Notes: generated by a model not told the origin, from the letters alone. A DNA stretch of 64,000 nucleotides from Escherichia coli (GCF_013122565.1 NZ_CP053258.1); one strand, 5' to 3'; positions 8,981-23,390 are shown, counted from the first letter of the stretch. A program made the numbers and translations.

Positions 8981-9430
8981 ATGGATACTACCGAAGAACG
9001 CAATGGAACATATTTCTACAGAGGACACCCGAACCTGTCCAAAATAGAACTACTCAACGTCATATTCCTTGAAGAATTCTGTAAGGAATTGGGGATTGAT
9101 TCGGTATCAGGTGCAGCAATCTTATCTGGTCAACCTTGGCTGGGTACAAGAGCGAAGCCGGAAGGGGCAACCCTGGGAACAAGTGTTGTCTCAAAGTATG
9201 CGCGTATACTGATGAGAGATGCACGCATGCCTTTTGGTATTTCTGTTCATACAACAGTGGGTGTAAGGATGCAGAAATCTAATAAGCTTGCTGCAATTAT
9301 CGCTCGTTGGGTCCCGTGGATTGGTTGGGCTTCACTGTCGATGAGTCTTTACAGGATTTCGACTCGTACCCAGGAAAAATACAATCTGATTGCCAAACCT
9401 CAAGACCGTATTAAGTGGACTTCCTTCTAA
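8981..9430 (+). CDS. Hypothetical protein (149 aa), unknown function, with a hydrophobic C-proximal segment; first gene of a two-gene overlapping module
   Basis: ORF MDTTEERNGTYFYRGHPNLSKIELLNVIFLEEFCKELG...LAAIIARWVPWIGWASLSMSLY...; its stop overlaps the start of the next ORF (TAATG); no family recognised. Confidence 0.6.
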   Translation: MDTTEERNGTYFYRGHPNLSKIELLNVIFLEEFCKELGIDSVSGAAILSGQPWLGTRAKPEGATLGTSVVSKYARILMRDARMPFGISVHTTVGVRMQKSNKLAAIIARWVPWIGWASLSMSLYRISTRTQEKYNLIAKPQDRIKWTSF

Positions 9431-9765
9431 TGGCGACAACAATCACAGACGAAGTTTTAGCACTGTTCCGTGATGAGATTCCAGGTTATCAGGATGATCA
9501 CGGGAAGGAAATTCCGTTAGAACTGGACTCTGATTTGTTCGACTATCCACGAGATGATTTAGAGGACGCTATACGGAAATACAAAGAGAGGTTTGGGATT
9601 AACCTGGATAATCTGGAATGGTCTTTGTACCTTCCGTGGGAGTCTGCACCATTGCTTCAACGATGGTTCAAGCTCAAGCGGGAAGAGGTAGAAACAACAC
9701 GTTTACCGTTAACTGTACGGATGTTTGCAGAATCAGCAGAAGCGGGAAAATGGCTGTATCAGTAG
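9430..9765 (+). CDS. Hypothetical small acidic protein (about 111 aa); possible immunity or antitoxin-like partner of the upstream ORF
   Basis: ORF track 9415-9765; likely start at ATG 9430 overlapping the upstream stop; sequence MATTITDEVLALFRDEIPGYQDDHGKEIPLELDSDLFDYPRDDLEDAIRKYKERFGINL... is rich in Asp/Glu. Confidence 0.6.
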   Translation: MATTITDEVLALFRDEIPGYQDDHGKEIPLELDSDLFDYPRDDLEDAIRKYKERFGINLDNLEWSLYLPWESAPLLQRWFKLKREEVETTRLPLTVRMFAESAEAGKWLYQ

Positions 9766-9772
9766 AATAAAA

Positions 9773-9795
9773 AAGAAGGCTGCGATGCCCTTCTT
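9773..9795 (+). terminator. Candidate stem-loop terminator after the two-gene module
   Basis: aagaagg-ctgcgatgc-ccttctt hairpin 8 nt after the stop codon; the U-tract is weak. Confidence 0.35.
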
Positions 9796-10096
9796 ATTAC
9801 TGCTGATGATGGTAGTGGTAAAGCATCATCCTGAACTTAAACAGTGAAGTGCTGTCACCCATCAGTAATACAGAAACACTATTTTCATACCAGTATTTAT
9901 TCAATTCATCAATGTAAAATGTGTTCATTGGGCCATATTTATCACCATGCAGCCACACAACCGCTGCTCACTAACCCAGGTATTGATGAAACCGCGCTGA
10001 AGAGCCTGAACCCTGAACCTCTAACGAGTACCTTCAAAGTCCAATGCAATCCGACACTGTGCTAACCTCTGCGTATAGCTCTATTTGGAATTTACC

Positions 10097-10735
10097 ATGA
10101 AATACTTTAGCGATTCTAAATCTTCTTTTAGAAAAAAACAGGTTAGTCGACTAAACTCGCAACACACCACTAAGCGTAAACCTGAAAACCAGCCCACGCG
10201 TGTGATCCTGTTCAATAAACCCTACGATGTTCTTCCGCAGTTTACCGATGAAGCCGGGCGCAAAACATTAAAAGAATTCATCCCGGTTCAGGGCGTTTAT
10301 GCAGCAGGTCGTCTTGACCGCGATAGCGAAGGGTTACTGGTGCTGACCAATAACGGCGCGTTGCAGGCGCGTTTAACCCAGCCGGGCAAACGCACCGGAA
10401 AAATCTATTATGTGCAGGTGGAAGGTATTCCCACACAAGACGCACTTGAAGCCTTGCGCAATGGCGTAACCTTAAATGATGGCCCTACCCTGCCCGCAGG
10501 CGCGGAGCTGGTTGAAGAACCCGCGTGGTTATGGCCGCGGAATCCACCAATTCGTGAACGCAAAAGTATTCCCACCAGCTGGCTGAAGATCACCTTATAT
10601 GAAGGACGTAATCGCCAGGTGCGCCGCATGACCGCCCATGTTGGTTTCCCCACGCTGCGACTAATTCGCTATGCGATGGGTGATTACTCTTTGGATAATC
10701 TTGCCAATGGCGAATGGCGAGAAGTGACAGATTAA
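10097..10735 (+). CDS. rluE: 23S rRNA pseudouridine synthase RluE with a variant N-terminus
   Basis: ORF track 10085-10735 (TTG); likely ATG at 10097; from [23 protein letters not shown] onward matches RluE, but the first ~30 residues ([26 protein letters not shown]) differ from the canonical N-terminus encoded at 8566. Confidence 0.88.
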   Translation: MKYFSDSKSSFRKKQVSRLNSQHTTKRKPENQPTRVILFNKPYDVLPQFTDEAGRKTLKEFIPVQGVYAAGRLDRDSEGLLVLTNNGALQARLTQPGKRTGKIYYVQVEGIPTQDALEALRNGVTLNDGPTLPAGAELVEEPAWLWPRNPPIRERKSIPTSWLKITLYEGRNRQVRRMTAHVGFPTLRLIRYAMGDYSLDNLANGEWREVTD

Positions 10736-10744
10736 GGATACAAA

Positions 10745-12366
<1,622 letters not shown>

Positions 12367-12401
12367 TTATTATCTTTACTTAAAACAAGGAAGCAGTGAA
12401 C

Positions 12402-13043
12402 GTGGCAAAGAATTACTATGACATCACCCTCGCCCTGGCCGGTATTTGTCAGTCGGCACGCCTGGTGCAACAACTCGCTCACCAGGGGCATTGTGATGCC
12501 GATGCGCTACACGTCTCACTCAACAGTATTATTGATATGAACCCCAGCTCGACGCTGGCGGTTTTTGGCGGTAGCGAAGCCAACCTGCGCGTCGGGTTGG
12601 AAACCTTGCTCGGCGTGCTCAATGCCAGCAGTCGCCAGGGCTTAAACGCCGAATTTACCCGCTACACACTCAGCCTGATGGTGCTTGAGCGCAAACTCTC
12701 CTCAGCGAAAGGTGCGCTCGACACTCTGGGCAACCGGATCAACGGCCTGCAACGCCAGCTCGAACACTTCGATTTACAGTCCGAAACGCTGATGAGCGCG
12801 ATGGCTGCTATCTATGTTGATGTGATCAGCCCGCTTGGCCCGCGCATTCAGGTCACCGGTTCCCCTGCTGTACTGCAAAGCCCACAAGTGCAGGCGAAAG
12901 TTCGCGCAACCCTGCTGGCAGGCATTCGCGCCGCCGTGCTCTGGCACCAGGTCGGCGGCGGTCGTCTGCAACTGATGTTTTCTCGTAATCGCCTGACCAC
13001 TCAGGCAAAACAAATTCTTGCTCATTTAACCCCGGAGTTGTGA
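12402..13043 (+). CDS. hflD: High-frequency lysogenization protein HflD
   Basis: ORF track 12396-13043; GTG start at 12402 gives 213 aa (M)[29 protein letters not shown]... Confidence 0.9.
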   Translation: MAKNYYDITLALAGICQSARLVQQLAHQGHCDADALHVSLNSIIDMNPSSTLAVFGGSEANLRVGLETLLGVLNASSRQGLNAEFTRYTLSLMVLERKLSSAKGALDTLGNRINGLQRQLEHFDLQSETLMSAMAAIYVDVISPLGPRIQVTGSPAVLQSPQVQAKVRATLLAGIRAAVLWHQVGGGRLQLMFSRNRLTTQAKQILAHLTPEL

Positions 13044-14417
<1,374 letters not shown>

Positions 14418-14508
14418 GCCTCGTATCAGTGCCGGATGGGGATGCTGTCCGGCCTGCTTATTAAGATTATCCGCTTTTTATTTTTTCACTTTACCTCCCC
14501 TTCCCGCT

Positions 14509-14525
14509 AGTTTATTTAATGTTTA
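14509..14525 (+). promoter_or_regulatory. PhoP box (direct repeat aGTTTA-N5-TGTTTA) in the phoPQ promoter
   Basis: agtttatttaatgttta about 60 nt upstream of the phoP ATG; matches the (T/G)GTTTA-N5-(T/G)GTTTA consensus. Confidence 0.7.
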
Positions 14526-14584
14526 CCCCATAACCACATAATCGCGTTACACTATTTTAATAATTAAGACATGGAGAAATAAAA

Positions 14585-15256
14585 ATGCGCGTACTGGTTG
14601 TTGAAGACAATGCGTTGTTACGTCACCATCTTAAAGTTCAGATTCAGGATGCTGGTCATCAGGTCGATGACGCAGAAGATGCCAAAGAAGCCGATTATTA
14701 TCTCAATGAACATTTACCGGATATTGCGATTGTCGATCTCGGATTGCCTGACGAAGACGGTCTGTCACTGATTCGCCGCTGGCGTAGCAATGATGTTTCA
14801 CTGCCGATTCTGGTATTAACCGCCCGTGAAAGCTGGCAGGACAAAGTCGAAGTATTAAGTGCCGGTGCTGATGATTACGTGACTAAACCGTTTCATATTG
14901 AAGAGGTGATGGCGCGAATGCAGGCATTAATGCGGCGTAATAGCGGTCTGGCTTCACAGGTCATTTCGCTACCCCCATTTCAGGTTGATCTCTCTCGCCG
15001 TGAATTATCTATTAATGACGAAGTGATCAAACTGACCGCGTTCGAATACACCATTATGGAAACGTTGATACGCAATAATGGCAAAGTGGTCAGCAAAGAT
15101 TCGTTAATGCTACAACTCTATCCGGATGCGGAGCTGCGGGAAAGCCATACCATTGATGTACTGATGGGACGTCTGCGCAAAAAAATTCAGGCACAATATC
15201 CGCAAGAAGTGATTACCACCGTTCGCGGCCAGGGCTACCTGTTCGAATTGCGCTGA
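14585..15256 (+). CDS. phoP: Response regulator PhoP
   Basis: 223-aa [62 protein letters not shown]... Confidence 0.97.
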   Translation: MRVLVVEDNALLRHHLKVQIQDAGHQVDDAEDAKEADYYLNEHLPDIAIVDLGLPDEDGLSLIRRWRSNDVSLPILVLTARESWQDKVEVLSAGADDYVTKPFHIEEVMARMQALMRRNSGLASQVISLPPFQVDLSRRELSINDEVIKLTAFEYTIMETLIRNNGKVVSKDSLMLQLYPDAELRESHTIDVLMGRLRKKIQAQYPQEVITTVRGQGYLFELR

Positions 15257-16716
15257 TGAAAAAATTACTGCGTCTTTTTTTCCCGCTCTCGCTGCGGGTA
15301 CGTTTTCTGTTGGCAACTGCAGCGGTAGTACTGGTGCTTTCGCTTGCCTACGGAATGGTCGCGCTGATCGGTTATAGCGTCAGTTTCGATAAAACTACGT
15401 TTCGGCTGTTACGTGGCGAGAGCAATCTGTTCTATACCCTTGCGAAGTGGGAAAACAATAAGTTGCATGTCGAGTTACCCGAAAATATCGACAAGCAAAG
15501 CCCCACCATGACGCTAATTTATGATGCGAACGGGCAGCTTTTATGGGCGCAACGTGACGTGCCCTGGCTGATGAAGATGATCCAGCCTGACTGGCTGAAA
15601 TCGAATGGTTTTCATGAAATTGAAGCGGATGTTAACGATACCAGCCTCTTGCTGAGTGGAGATCATTCGATACAGCAACAGTTGCAGGAGGTGCGGGAAG
15701 ATGATGACGACGCGGAGATGACCCACTCGGTGGCGGTAAACGTCTACCCGGCAACATCGCGGATGCCAAAGTTAACCATTGTGGTGGTGGATACCATTCC
15801 GGTGGAGCTAAAAAGTTCCTATATGGTCTGGAGCTGGTTTATCTACGTGCTCTCAGCCAATCTGCTGTTAGTGATCCCGCTGCTGTGGCTCGCCGCGTGG
15901 TGGAGTTTACGTCCCATCGAAGCCCTGGCAAAAGAAGTCCGCGAACTGGAAGAACATAACCGCGAATTGCTCAATCCAGCCACAACGCGAGAACTGACCA
16001 GTCTGGTACGAAACCTGAACCGATTGTTAAAAAGTGAACGCGAACGTTACGACAAATATCGTACGACGCTCACCGACCTGACCCATAGTCTGAAAACGCC
16101 ACTGGCGGTGCTGCAAAGTACGCTGCGTTCTCTGCGTAGTGAAAAGATGAGCGTCAGTGATGCTGAACCGGTAATGCTGGAGCAAATCAGCCGCATTTCA
16201 CAGCAAATTGGCTACTACCTGCATCGTGCCAGTATGCGCGGCGGGACATTGCTCAGCCGCGAGCTGCATCCGGTCGCCCCACTGCTGGACAATCTCACCT
16301 CGGCGCTGAACAAAGTGTATCAACGCAAAGGGGTCAATATCTCTCTCGATATTTCGCCAGAGATCAGCTTTGTCGGTGAGCAGAACGATTTTGTCGAGGT
16401 GATGGGCAACGTGCTGGATAATGCCTGTAAATATTGTCTCGAGTTTGTCGAAATTTCTGCAAGGCAAACCGACGAGCATCTCTATATTGTGGTCGAGGAT
16501 GATGGCCCCGGTATTCCATTAAGCAAGCGAGAGGTCATTTTCGACCGTGGTCAACGGATTGATACTTTACGCCCTGGGCAAGGTGTAGGGCTGGCGGTAG
16601 CCCGCGAAATCACCGAGCAATATGAGGGTAAAATCGTCGCCGGAGAGAGCATGCTGGGCGGTGCGCGGATGGAGGTGATTTTTGGTCGCCAGCATTCTGC
16701 GCCGAAAGATGAATAA
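15256..16716 (+). CDS. phoQ: Sensor histidine kinase PhoQ
   Basis: 486-aa [58 protein letters not shown]...; start overlaps the phoP stop (ATGA). Confidence 0.97.
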   Translation: MKKLLRLFFPLSLRVRFLLATAAVVLVLSLAYGMVALIGYSVSFDKTTFRLLRGESNLFYTLAKWENNKLHVELPENIDKQSPTMTLIYDANGQLLWAQRDVPWLMKMIQPDWLKSNGFHEIEADVNDTSLLLSGDHSIQQQLQEVREDDDDAEMTHSVAVNVYPATSRMPKLTIVVVDTIPVELKSSYMVWSWFIYVLSANLLLVIPLLWLAAWWSLRPIEALAKEVRELEEHNRELLNPATTRELTSLVRNLNRLLKSERERYDKYRTTLTDLTHSLKTPLAVLQSTLRSLRSEKMSVSDAEPVMLEQISRISQQIGYYLHRASMRGGTLLSRELHPVAPLLDNLTSALNKVYQRKGVNISLDISPEISFVGEQNDFVEVMGNVLDNACKYCLEFVEISARQTDEHLYIVVEDDGPGIPLSKREVIFDRGQRIDTLRPGQGVGLAVAREITEQYEGKIVAGESMLGGARMEVIFGRQHSAPKDE

Positions 16717-16791
16717 ATATGTCCATACTTCACGCATTACGTTACGCATCCGTTATAATCGGTTGCAGATACCAGCCTGTGGATGCTTAAC

Positions 16792-17913
16792 ATGGAATAC
16801 CAACTCACTCTTAACTGGCCCGATTTTCTTGAACGTCACTGGCAGAAACGCCCGGTGGTGTTAAAACGCGGCTTTAATAATTTTATTGACCCGATCTCTC
16901 CAGACGAGTTGGCGGGTCTGGCGATGGAAAGCGAAGTCGACAGTCGACTGGTCAGTCACCAGGATGGCAAATGGCAGGTCAGCCACGGCCCGTTCGAAAG
17001 CTACGATCATCTCGCTGAAACCAACTGGTCATTACTGGTACAGGCAGTGAACCACTGGCATGAGCCGACCGCCGCGCTGATGCGACCGTTCCGTGAACTA
17101 CCGGACTGGCGTATTGATGATCTGATGATCTCTTTTTCTGTACCGGGCGGCGGCGTCGGCCCGCATCTCGATCAGTACGACGTGTTTATCATTCAGGGTA
17201 CCGGTCGTCGTCGCTGGCGAGTGGGCGAAAAGCTGCAAATGAAACAGCACTGCCCACATCCGGATCTGTTACAGGTCGATCCGTTCGAAGCCATCATCGA
17301 TGAAGAGCTGGAGCCTGGCGATATTCTTTATATTCCGCCAGGATTCCCGCATGAAGGCTACGCGCTGGAAAATGCGATGAACTATTCCGTGGGTTTTCGC
17401 GCACCAAATACGCGGGAACTGATTAGTGGATTTGCCGATTATGTGCTGCAACGTGAACTGGGCGGCAACTACTACAGCGATCCTGATGTTCCACCTCGCG
17501 CTCATCCTGCGGATGTTCTGCCGCAAGAGATGGATAAACTGCGTGAGATGATGCTCGAATTGATCAACCAGCCGGAACACTTTAAGCAATGGTTTGGCGA
17601 GTTTATATCCCAGTCACGTCATGAACTGGATATCGCGCCGCCAGAGCCGCCTTATCAGCCGGATGAAATCTACGATGCGCTGAAACAAGGTGATGTGCTG
17701 GTGCGCCTGGGTGGTCTGCGCGTATTACGCATTGGCGACGAAGTGTATGCCAATGGTGAGAAGATCGATTCCCCGCACCGTCCGGCACTGGATGCACTCG
17801 CCAGCAACATTGCGCTGACCGCGGAGAATTTTGGCGATGCGCTGGAAGATCCGTCATTCCTCGCCATGCTCGCGGCGCTGGTCAATAGCGGATACTGGTT
17901 CTTCGAAGGGTAA
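16792..17913 (+). CDS. roxA: Ribosomal protein uL16 arginine hydroxylase RoxA (YcfD), JmjC/cupin
   Basis: ORF track 16783-17913; conserved start MEYQLTLNWPDFLERHWQKRPVVLKRGF at 16792. Confidence 0.9.
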   Translation: MEYQLTLNWPDFLERHWQKRPVVLKRGFNNFIDPISPDELAGLAMESEVDSRLVSHQDGKWQVSHGPFESYDHLAETNWSLLVQAVNHWHEPTAALMRPFRELPDWRIDDLMISFSVPGGGVGPHLDQYDVFIIQGTGRRRWRVGEKLQMKQHCPHPDLLQVDPFEAIIDEELEPGDILYIPPGFPHEGYALENAMNYSVGFRAPNTRELISGFADYVLQRELGGNYYSDPDVPPRAHPADVLPQEMDKLREMMLELINQPEHFKQWFGEFISQSRHELDIAPPEPPYQPDEIYDALKQGDVLVRLGGLRVLRIGDEVYANGEKIDSPHRPALDALASNIALTAENFGDALEDPSFLAMLAALVNSGYWFFEG

Positions 17914-17925
17914 GTTTGGATTTAA

Positions 17926-17992
17926 GCCGGATGCGGCGCTGATTGCGCCTTATCGTGCCTACATGCACTGAACGCCTGTAGGCACGATAAGT
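17926..17992. repeat. REP (repetitive extragenic palindromic) elements between convergent roxA and pepT
   Basis: gccggatgcggcg...ccttatcgtgcctac and inverted copy gcctgtaggcacgataag. Confidence 0.6.
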
Positions 17993-18058
17993 ATGTGGAG
18001 CAGTATCAATATAACGGTTTCATCCCGGTAATTGGCAGTCCACATACGCATCGGGCAA

Positions 18059-19288
18059 TCACGACTTCCGTTGCGCCGTTAACTCGGCAATACGGACAAT
18101 CACCTGCACCGCTTTTTCCATACCTTCCAGAGTCACAAACTCATGCTTACCATGATAGTTGTAACCGCCAGTGAACAGGTTCGGGCACGGTAATCCCATA
18201 AACGACAACTGCGCGCCGTCGGTACCGCCGCGGATCGGTTTCAGTTCCGGTTCAATATCGCAGTCACGCATCGCCTGCTGGGCGATATCGATAATATGCG
18301 GATGCTCAACCACTTTCTCGCGCATATTGTAGTAACTGTCTTCAATCACCAGTTCAATATAGCAATCAGGATGTAACCCTTTGCCCACTTTTTTGGCGAT
18401 CTCCATCATTTTACGTTTACGCGCTTCAAACTGTTTACGGTCGAAATCACGGATGATGTAGTGCATATCGGCCCGTTCAACGGTGCCTTTCATGCTCGCC
18501 AGGTGATAGAAACCTTCATAACCTTCTGTCATTTCCGGGCTTTCATCCGCCGGGACTTCCGCATGAATACGAGCAGCCAGCGAAAGCGCATTTACCAACA
18601 CACCTTTCGCTGTGCCCGGGTGAACATTATTACCGACAATTTTGATATTGACCGACGCGGCGTTGAAGTTTTCAAACTCCAGTTCACCTACGCCCCCCCC
18701 ATCAACGGTGTAAGCCCAGCGGGCATCGAAGGCGTCAACATCAAAATGTTTCGCCCCTTTGCCCACTTCTTCATCCGGGGTAAAGGCGACGCGAATATCA
18801 CCATGCGGAATGTTTTTCTGTTGCAATACCGCCAGCGCGGTCATGATTTCTGCAATACCTGCTTTGTCATCGGCACCTAACAAGGTTTTACCATCGGTGG
18901 TAATCAGCGTCTGACCCAGTAGCTGATGCAGCACCGGGAACATAACCGGTGATAAAACTTCATCGCCGATACCCAGCGCAATATCGCCACCGCGATAGTT
19001 TTCAACAATTTGCGGATTAACATTTTTGCCGCTGCAATCCGGTGAGGTATCCACATGAGAAATAAAGCCAATCGCCGGGATATCGCCAGGGACGTTAGCC
19101 GGTAACGTCGCCATCAAAGTGCCCTTCTCACTTAAGGTCACATTGATAAGCCCCATCTCTTCTAGCTGCTCTTTCAGCAGATGCAATAACTTCCATTGGC
19201 CTTCCGTGCTGGGAACTTGTCTCACCCCTGATTTTGATTGGGTATCCAGAGACACGTAGTTCAAAAATCGCTCAAGTAGTTTATCCAT
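18059..19288 (-). CDS. pepT: Peptidase T (tripeptide aminopeptidase)
   Basis: ORF track 18059-19330; conserved start [35 protein letters not shown] at 19288. Confidence 0.95.
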   Translation of the reverse strand: MDKLLERFLNYVSLDTQSKSGVRQVPSTEGQWKLLHLLKEQLEEMGLINVTLSEKGTLMATLPANVPGDIPAIGFISHVDTSPDCSGKNVNPQIVENYRGGDIALGIGDEVLSPVMFPVLHQLLGQTLITTDGKTLLGADDKAGIAEIMTALAVLQQKNIPHGDIRVAFTPDEEVGKGAKHFDVDAFDARWAYTVDGGGVGELEFENFNAASVNIKIVGNNVHPGTAKGVLVNALSLAARIHAEVPADESPEMTEGYEGFYHLASMKGTVERADMHYIIRDFDRKQFEARKRKMMEIAKKVGKGLHPDCYIELVIEDSYYNMREKVVEHPHIIDIAQQAMRDCDIEPELKPIRGGTDGAQLSFMGLPCPNLFTGGYNYHGKHEFVTLEGMEKAVQVIVRIAELTAQRKS

Positions 19289-19537
19289 GTAGTCACCCTC
19301 ACTTTTTGTGACAACATTATTAAGAAGCAAGAAAAGACAAATATTGCGTCAGGTCACTTTTACCCCTGCAAGCGGGAATATTTATCTGCATTACCTTAAT
19401 GAATATAAAGCTAAGCCAGTAATTCACAACAAAGATTGGCGATTCAAGCGGTTTGCCGTAGAATTACCGCCCTCATTAAGAGTCACCAAGGTGGTTAACC
19501 ACAAACCCCGCATCGGTAAGCCATCCGTTGCGTTTAC

Positions 19538-20674
19538 ATGGGACAGAGTAAAAAATTGAATAAACAACCGAGTTCGCTTTCACCGCTGGTGCAATTGGCG
19601 GGAATTCGCAAATGCTTTGATGGTAAAGAGGTCATTCCCCAGCTGGATCTGACTATCAACAATGGCGAGTTCCTCACGCTGCTTGGCCCTTCTGGCTGCG
19701 GTAAAACAACCGTTCTTCGCCTGATTGCAGGTCTGGAAACTGTTGATTCCGGACGCATCATGCTGGATAACGAGGACATCACCCACGTTCCGGCGGAAAA
19801 CCGCTATGTGAACACTGTTTTCCAAAGCTACGCACTTTTCCCCCACATGACCGTGTTCGAAAATGTGGCCTTTGGGTTGCGCATGCAAAAAACCCCCGCT
19901 GCTGAAATTACGCCCCGCGTGATGGAAGCCCTGCGGATGGTGCAGCTGGAAACCTTCGCTCAACGCAAACCGCATCAGCTCTCTGGTGGTCAACAGCAAC
20001 GCGTCGCCATTGCCCGCGCGGTGGTTAACAAGCCTCGTCTGTTGTTGCTGGATGAGTCGCTCTCAGCGCTGGATTACAAACTGCGTAAGCAAATGCAGAA
20101 CGAGCTGAAAGCGTTACAGCGTAAGCTTGGCATTACATTCGTCTTCGTGACTCACGACCAGGAAGAAGCACTCACCATGTCGGACAGGATTGTGGTGATG
20201 CGCGATGGTCGCATTGAGCAAGACGGCACGCCGCGTGAAATCTATGAAGAGCCGAAAAACCTGTTTGTTGCTGGGTTTATTGGCGAAATCAATATGTTTA
20301 ACGCCACTGTCATCGAACGTCTCGACGAGCAGCGCGTACGCGCCAACGTTGAAGGCCGCGAATGTAATATCTACGTTAACTTCGCCGTTGAACCGGGGCA
20401 AAAACTGCATGTTCTGCTGCGCCCGGAAGACTTACGTGTTGAAGAGATTAACGACGACAACCACGCTGAAGGGCTGATTGGTTACGTTCGCGAGCGTAAC
20501 TACAAAGGCATGACGCTGGAGTCGGTTGTTGAACTGGAAAATGGCAAGATGGTGATGGTCAGCGAATTCTTCAATGAAGACGATCCTGACTTTGACCACT
20601 CTCTCGACCAAAAAATGGCCATTAATTGGGTAGAAAGCTGGGAGGTCGTACTGGCTGATGAAGAACACAAGTAA
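19538..20674 (+). CDS. potA: Spermidine/putrescine ABC transporter ATPase PotA
   Basis: 378-aa ORF with Walker [10 protein letters not shown] and signature LSGGQQQR. Confidence 0.96.
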
Positions 20675-21515
20675 GTTCCAGAATGTAGTGATTGTCACTA
20701 TTGTCGGTTGGCTTGTGTTGTTTGTCTTTCTGCCCAACCTGATGATCATTGGCACCAGCTTTTTGACCCGCGACGACGCCAGTTTCGTCAAAATGGTCTT
20801 TACGCTGGATAACTACACACGTCTGCTCGATCCGCTCTATTTTGAAGTGCTATTGCACTCGCTGAATATGGCGCTGATCGCCACCCTCGCCTGCCTGGTG
20901 CTGGGCTACCCGTTTGCCTGGTTTCTGGCGAAGCTGCCACATAAGGTGCGTCCGCTGCTGCTGTTTCTGCTGATTGTTCCCTTCTGGACCAACTCACTGA
21001 TTCGCATCTACGGGCTGAAAATTTTCCTCAGCACCAAAGGCTACCTCAACGAGTTTTTGCTCTGGCTGGGCGTTATCGACACACCAATTCGTATCATGTT
21101 CACGCCCAGTGCGGTGATTATCGGTCTGGTTTACATTCTGCTACCGTTTATGGTGATGCCGCTGTACTCCAGTATCGAAAAACTGGATAAGCCGTTGCTT
21201 GAGGCGGCGCGCGATCTCGGTGCCAGCAAGTTACAGACTTTTATCCGCATCATTATTCCACTGACGATGCCGGGGATTATTGCCGGATGTCTGCTGGTGA
21301 TGCTGCCAGCGATGGGCCTGTTCTATGTGTCCGACCTGATGGGCGGTGCGAAAAACCTGCTGATCGGTAACGTCATCAAGGTACAGTTCCTCAATATTCG
21401 TGACTGGCCGTTTGGTGCAGCCACCAGCATTACGCTGACTATCGTAATGGGCCTGATGTTGCTGGTTTACTGGCGCGCTTCTCGTCTGCTGAATAAGAAG
21501 GTGGAACTCGAATGA
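20658..21515 (+). CDS. potB: Spermidine/putrescine ABC transporter permease PotB
   Basis: 285-aa ORF overlapping the potA end; multi-TM permease; true start may lie a few codons inside. Confidence 0.9.
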
Positions 21516-22306
21516 TCGGTCGACTGCTTCGCGGCGGTTTTATGACCGCTATCTACGCGTACCTGTATATCCCAATCATTATTTTGATTGTGAACTCCTT
21601 TAACAGCTCGCGCTTTGGCATCAACTGGCAGGGTTTTACCACCAAATGGTATAGCCTGCTGATGAACAACGACAGCCTGTTACAGGCAGCGCAGCATTCA
21701 CTAACAATGGCGGTGTTTTCGGCGACGTTTGCTACGCTTATCGGTTCACTGACGGCAGTTGCACTGTACCGTTATCGCTTTCGTGGTAAGCCGTTCGTTA
21801 GCGGAATGCTGTTTGTGGTAATGATGTCACCAGATATCGTGATGGCAATTTCGCTGCTGGTGCTGTTTATGCTGCTGGGTATTCAGCTTGGCTTCTGGTC
21901 GCTGCTGTTCTCGCATATCACCTTCTGCCTGCCATTTGTTGTGGTGACGGTGTATTCGCGCCTGAAAGGTTTTGACGTGCGGATGCTGGAAGCGGCGAAA
22001 GATCTCGGTGCCAGCGAATTTACCATTCTGCGAAAAATCATTCTGCCACTGGCAATGCCAGCGGTGGCGGCGGGCTGGGTGTTAAGCTTTACCCTGTCGA
22101 TGGACGATGTGGTGGTTTCTTCGTTCGTCACCGGGCCGAGTTATGAAATTCTGCCGTTAAAAATTTACTCGATGGTCAAAGTCGGCGTATCGCCGGAAGT
22201 TAACGCGCTGGCAACCATATTACTGGTGCTGTCGCTGGTGATGGTTATTGCCAGCCAGCTTATTGCTCGAGATAAAACGAAAGGTAACACAGGGGACGTT
22301 AAATGA
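21512..22306 (+). CDS. potC: Spermidine/putrescine ABC transporter permease PotC
   Basis: 264-aa ORF; 4-nt overlap with potB. Confidence 0.95.
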   Translation: MIGRLLRGGFMTAIYAYLYIPIIILIVNSFNSSRFGINWQGFTTKWYSLLMNNDSLLQAAQHSLTMAVFSATFATLIGSLTAVALYRYRFRGKPFVSGMLFVVMMSPDIVMAISLLVLFMLLGIQLGFWSLLFSHITFCLPFVVVTVYSRLKGFDVRMLEAAKDLGASEFTILRKIILPLAMPAVAAGWVLSFTLSMDDVVVSSFVTGPSYEILPLKIYSMVKVGVSPEVNALATILLVLSLVMVIASQLIARDKTKGNTGDVK

Positions 22307-23349
22307 AAAAATGGTCACGCCACCTGCTCGCGGCGGGTGCTCTGGCACTGGGCATGAGCGCCGCTCACGCTGATGACAACAACACGCTGTATTTCTACAA
22401 CTGGACCGAGTACGTGCCGCCAGGACTGCTCGAGCAGTTCACCAAAGAAACTGGTATTAAGGTTATCTATTCGACTTACGAGTCGAACGAAACCATGTAT
22501 GCCAAGCTGAAAACGTACAAAGACGGTGCCTATGACCTGGTGGTTCCTTCAACCTATTACGTCGATAAAATGCGTAAAGAAGGGATGATCCAGAAGATCG
22601 ACAAGTCGAAGTTAACGAACTTCAGCAATCTCGATCCAGACATGCTCAATAAGCCGTTTGACCCGAATAACGATTACTCCATTCCGTATATCTGGGGTGC
22701 GACGGCGATTGGCGTTAACGGTGATGCGGTGGATCCGAAATCTGTCACCAGCTGGGCCGATTTGTGGAAGCCTGAGTACAAAGGCAGCCTGCTGCTGACC
22801 GACGATGCCCGTGAAGTGTTCCAGATGGCACTACGTAAGCTGGGCTACTCCGGTAACACCACCGATCCGAAAGAGATTGAAGCTGCATATAACGAGCTGA
22901 AAAAACTGATGCCAAACGTCGCAGCGTTTAACTCCGATAACCCGGCTAACCCGTACATGGAAGGTGAAGTTAACCTCGGCATGATCTGGAACGGTTCTGC
23001 TTTCGTTGCACGCCAGGCGGGTACGCCTATTGACGTGGTGTGGCCGAAAGAAGGCGGCATTTTCTGGATGGACAGCCTGGCGATCCCGGCAAATGCCAAA
23101 AACAAAGAAGGTGCACTGAAATTGATCAACTTCCTGCTGCGCCCGGATGTGGCAAAACAGGTTGCTGAAACTATCGGTTATCCAACGCCAAACCTTGCGG
23201 CGCGTAAGCTGTTAAGTCCGGAAGTGGCGAACGATAAAACGCTCTACCCGGATGCTGATACCATTAAAAATGGCGAATGGCAGAATGACGTTGGCGCAGC
23301 CAGCAGCATTTATGAAGAGTATTATCAGAAGCTGAAAGCAGGACGTTAA
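22303..23349 (+). CDS. potD: Spermidine/putrescine periplasmic binding protein PotD
   Basis: 348-aa ORF MKKWSRHLLAAGALALGMSAAHADDNNTLYFYNWTEYVPPGLLEQF... with signal peptide. Confidence 0.96.
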   Translation: MKKWSRHLLAAGALALGMSAAHADDNNTLYFYNWTEYVPPGLLEQFTKETGIKVIYSTYESNETMYAKLKTYKDGAYDLVVPSTYYVDKMRKEGMIQKIDKSKLTNFSNLDPDMLNKPFDPNNDYSIPYIWGATAIGVNGDAVDPKSVTSWADLWKPEYKGSLLLTDDAREVFQMALRKLGYSGNTTDPKEIEAAYNELKKLMPNVAAFNSDNPANPYMEGEVNLGMIWNGSAFVARQAGTPIDVVWPKEGGIFWMDSLAIPANAKNKEGALKLINFLLRPDVAKQVAETIGYPTPNLAARKLLSPEVANDKTLYPDADTIKNGEWQNDVGAASSIYEEYYQKLKAGR

Positions 23350-23357
23350 TTCAGCAA

Positions 23358-23390
23358 GCGGGCGGTGGTATTACCGCCCGTTTTTTATTT
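23358..23390 (+). terminator. potABCD rho-independent terminator
   Basis: gcgggcggtggtattaccgcccg hairpin followed by TTTTTTATTT, 9 nt after the potD stop. Confidence 0.75.

Noticed and set aside
9844-10065. 73-aa Cys/His-rich plus-strand ORF inside the islet, upstream of rluE
   Set aside because: No Shine-Dalgarno, overlaps the likely rluE promoter, no recognisable motif; cannot be supported.
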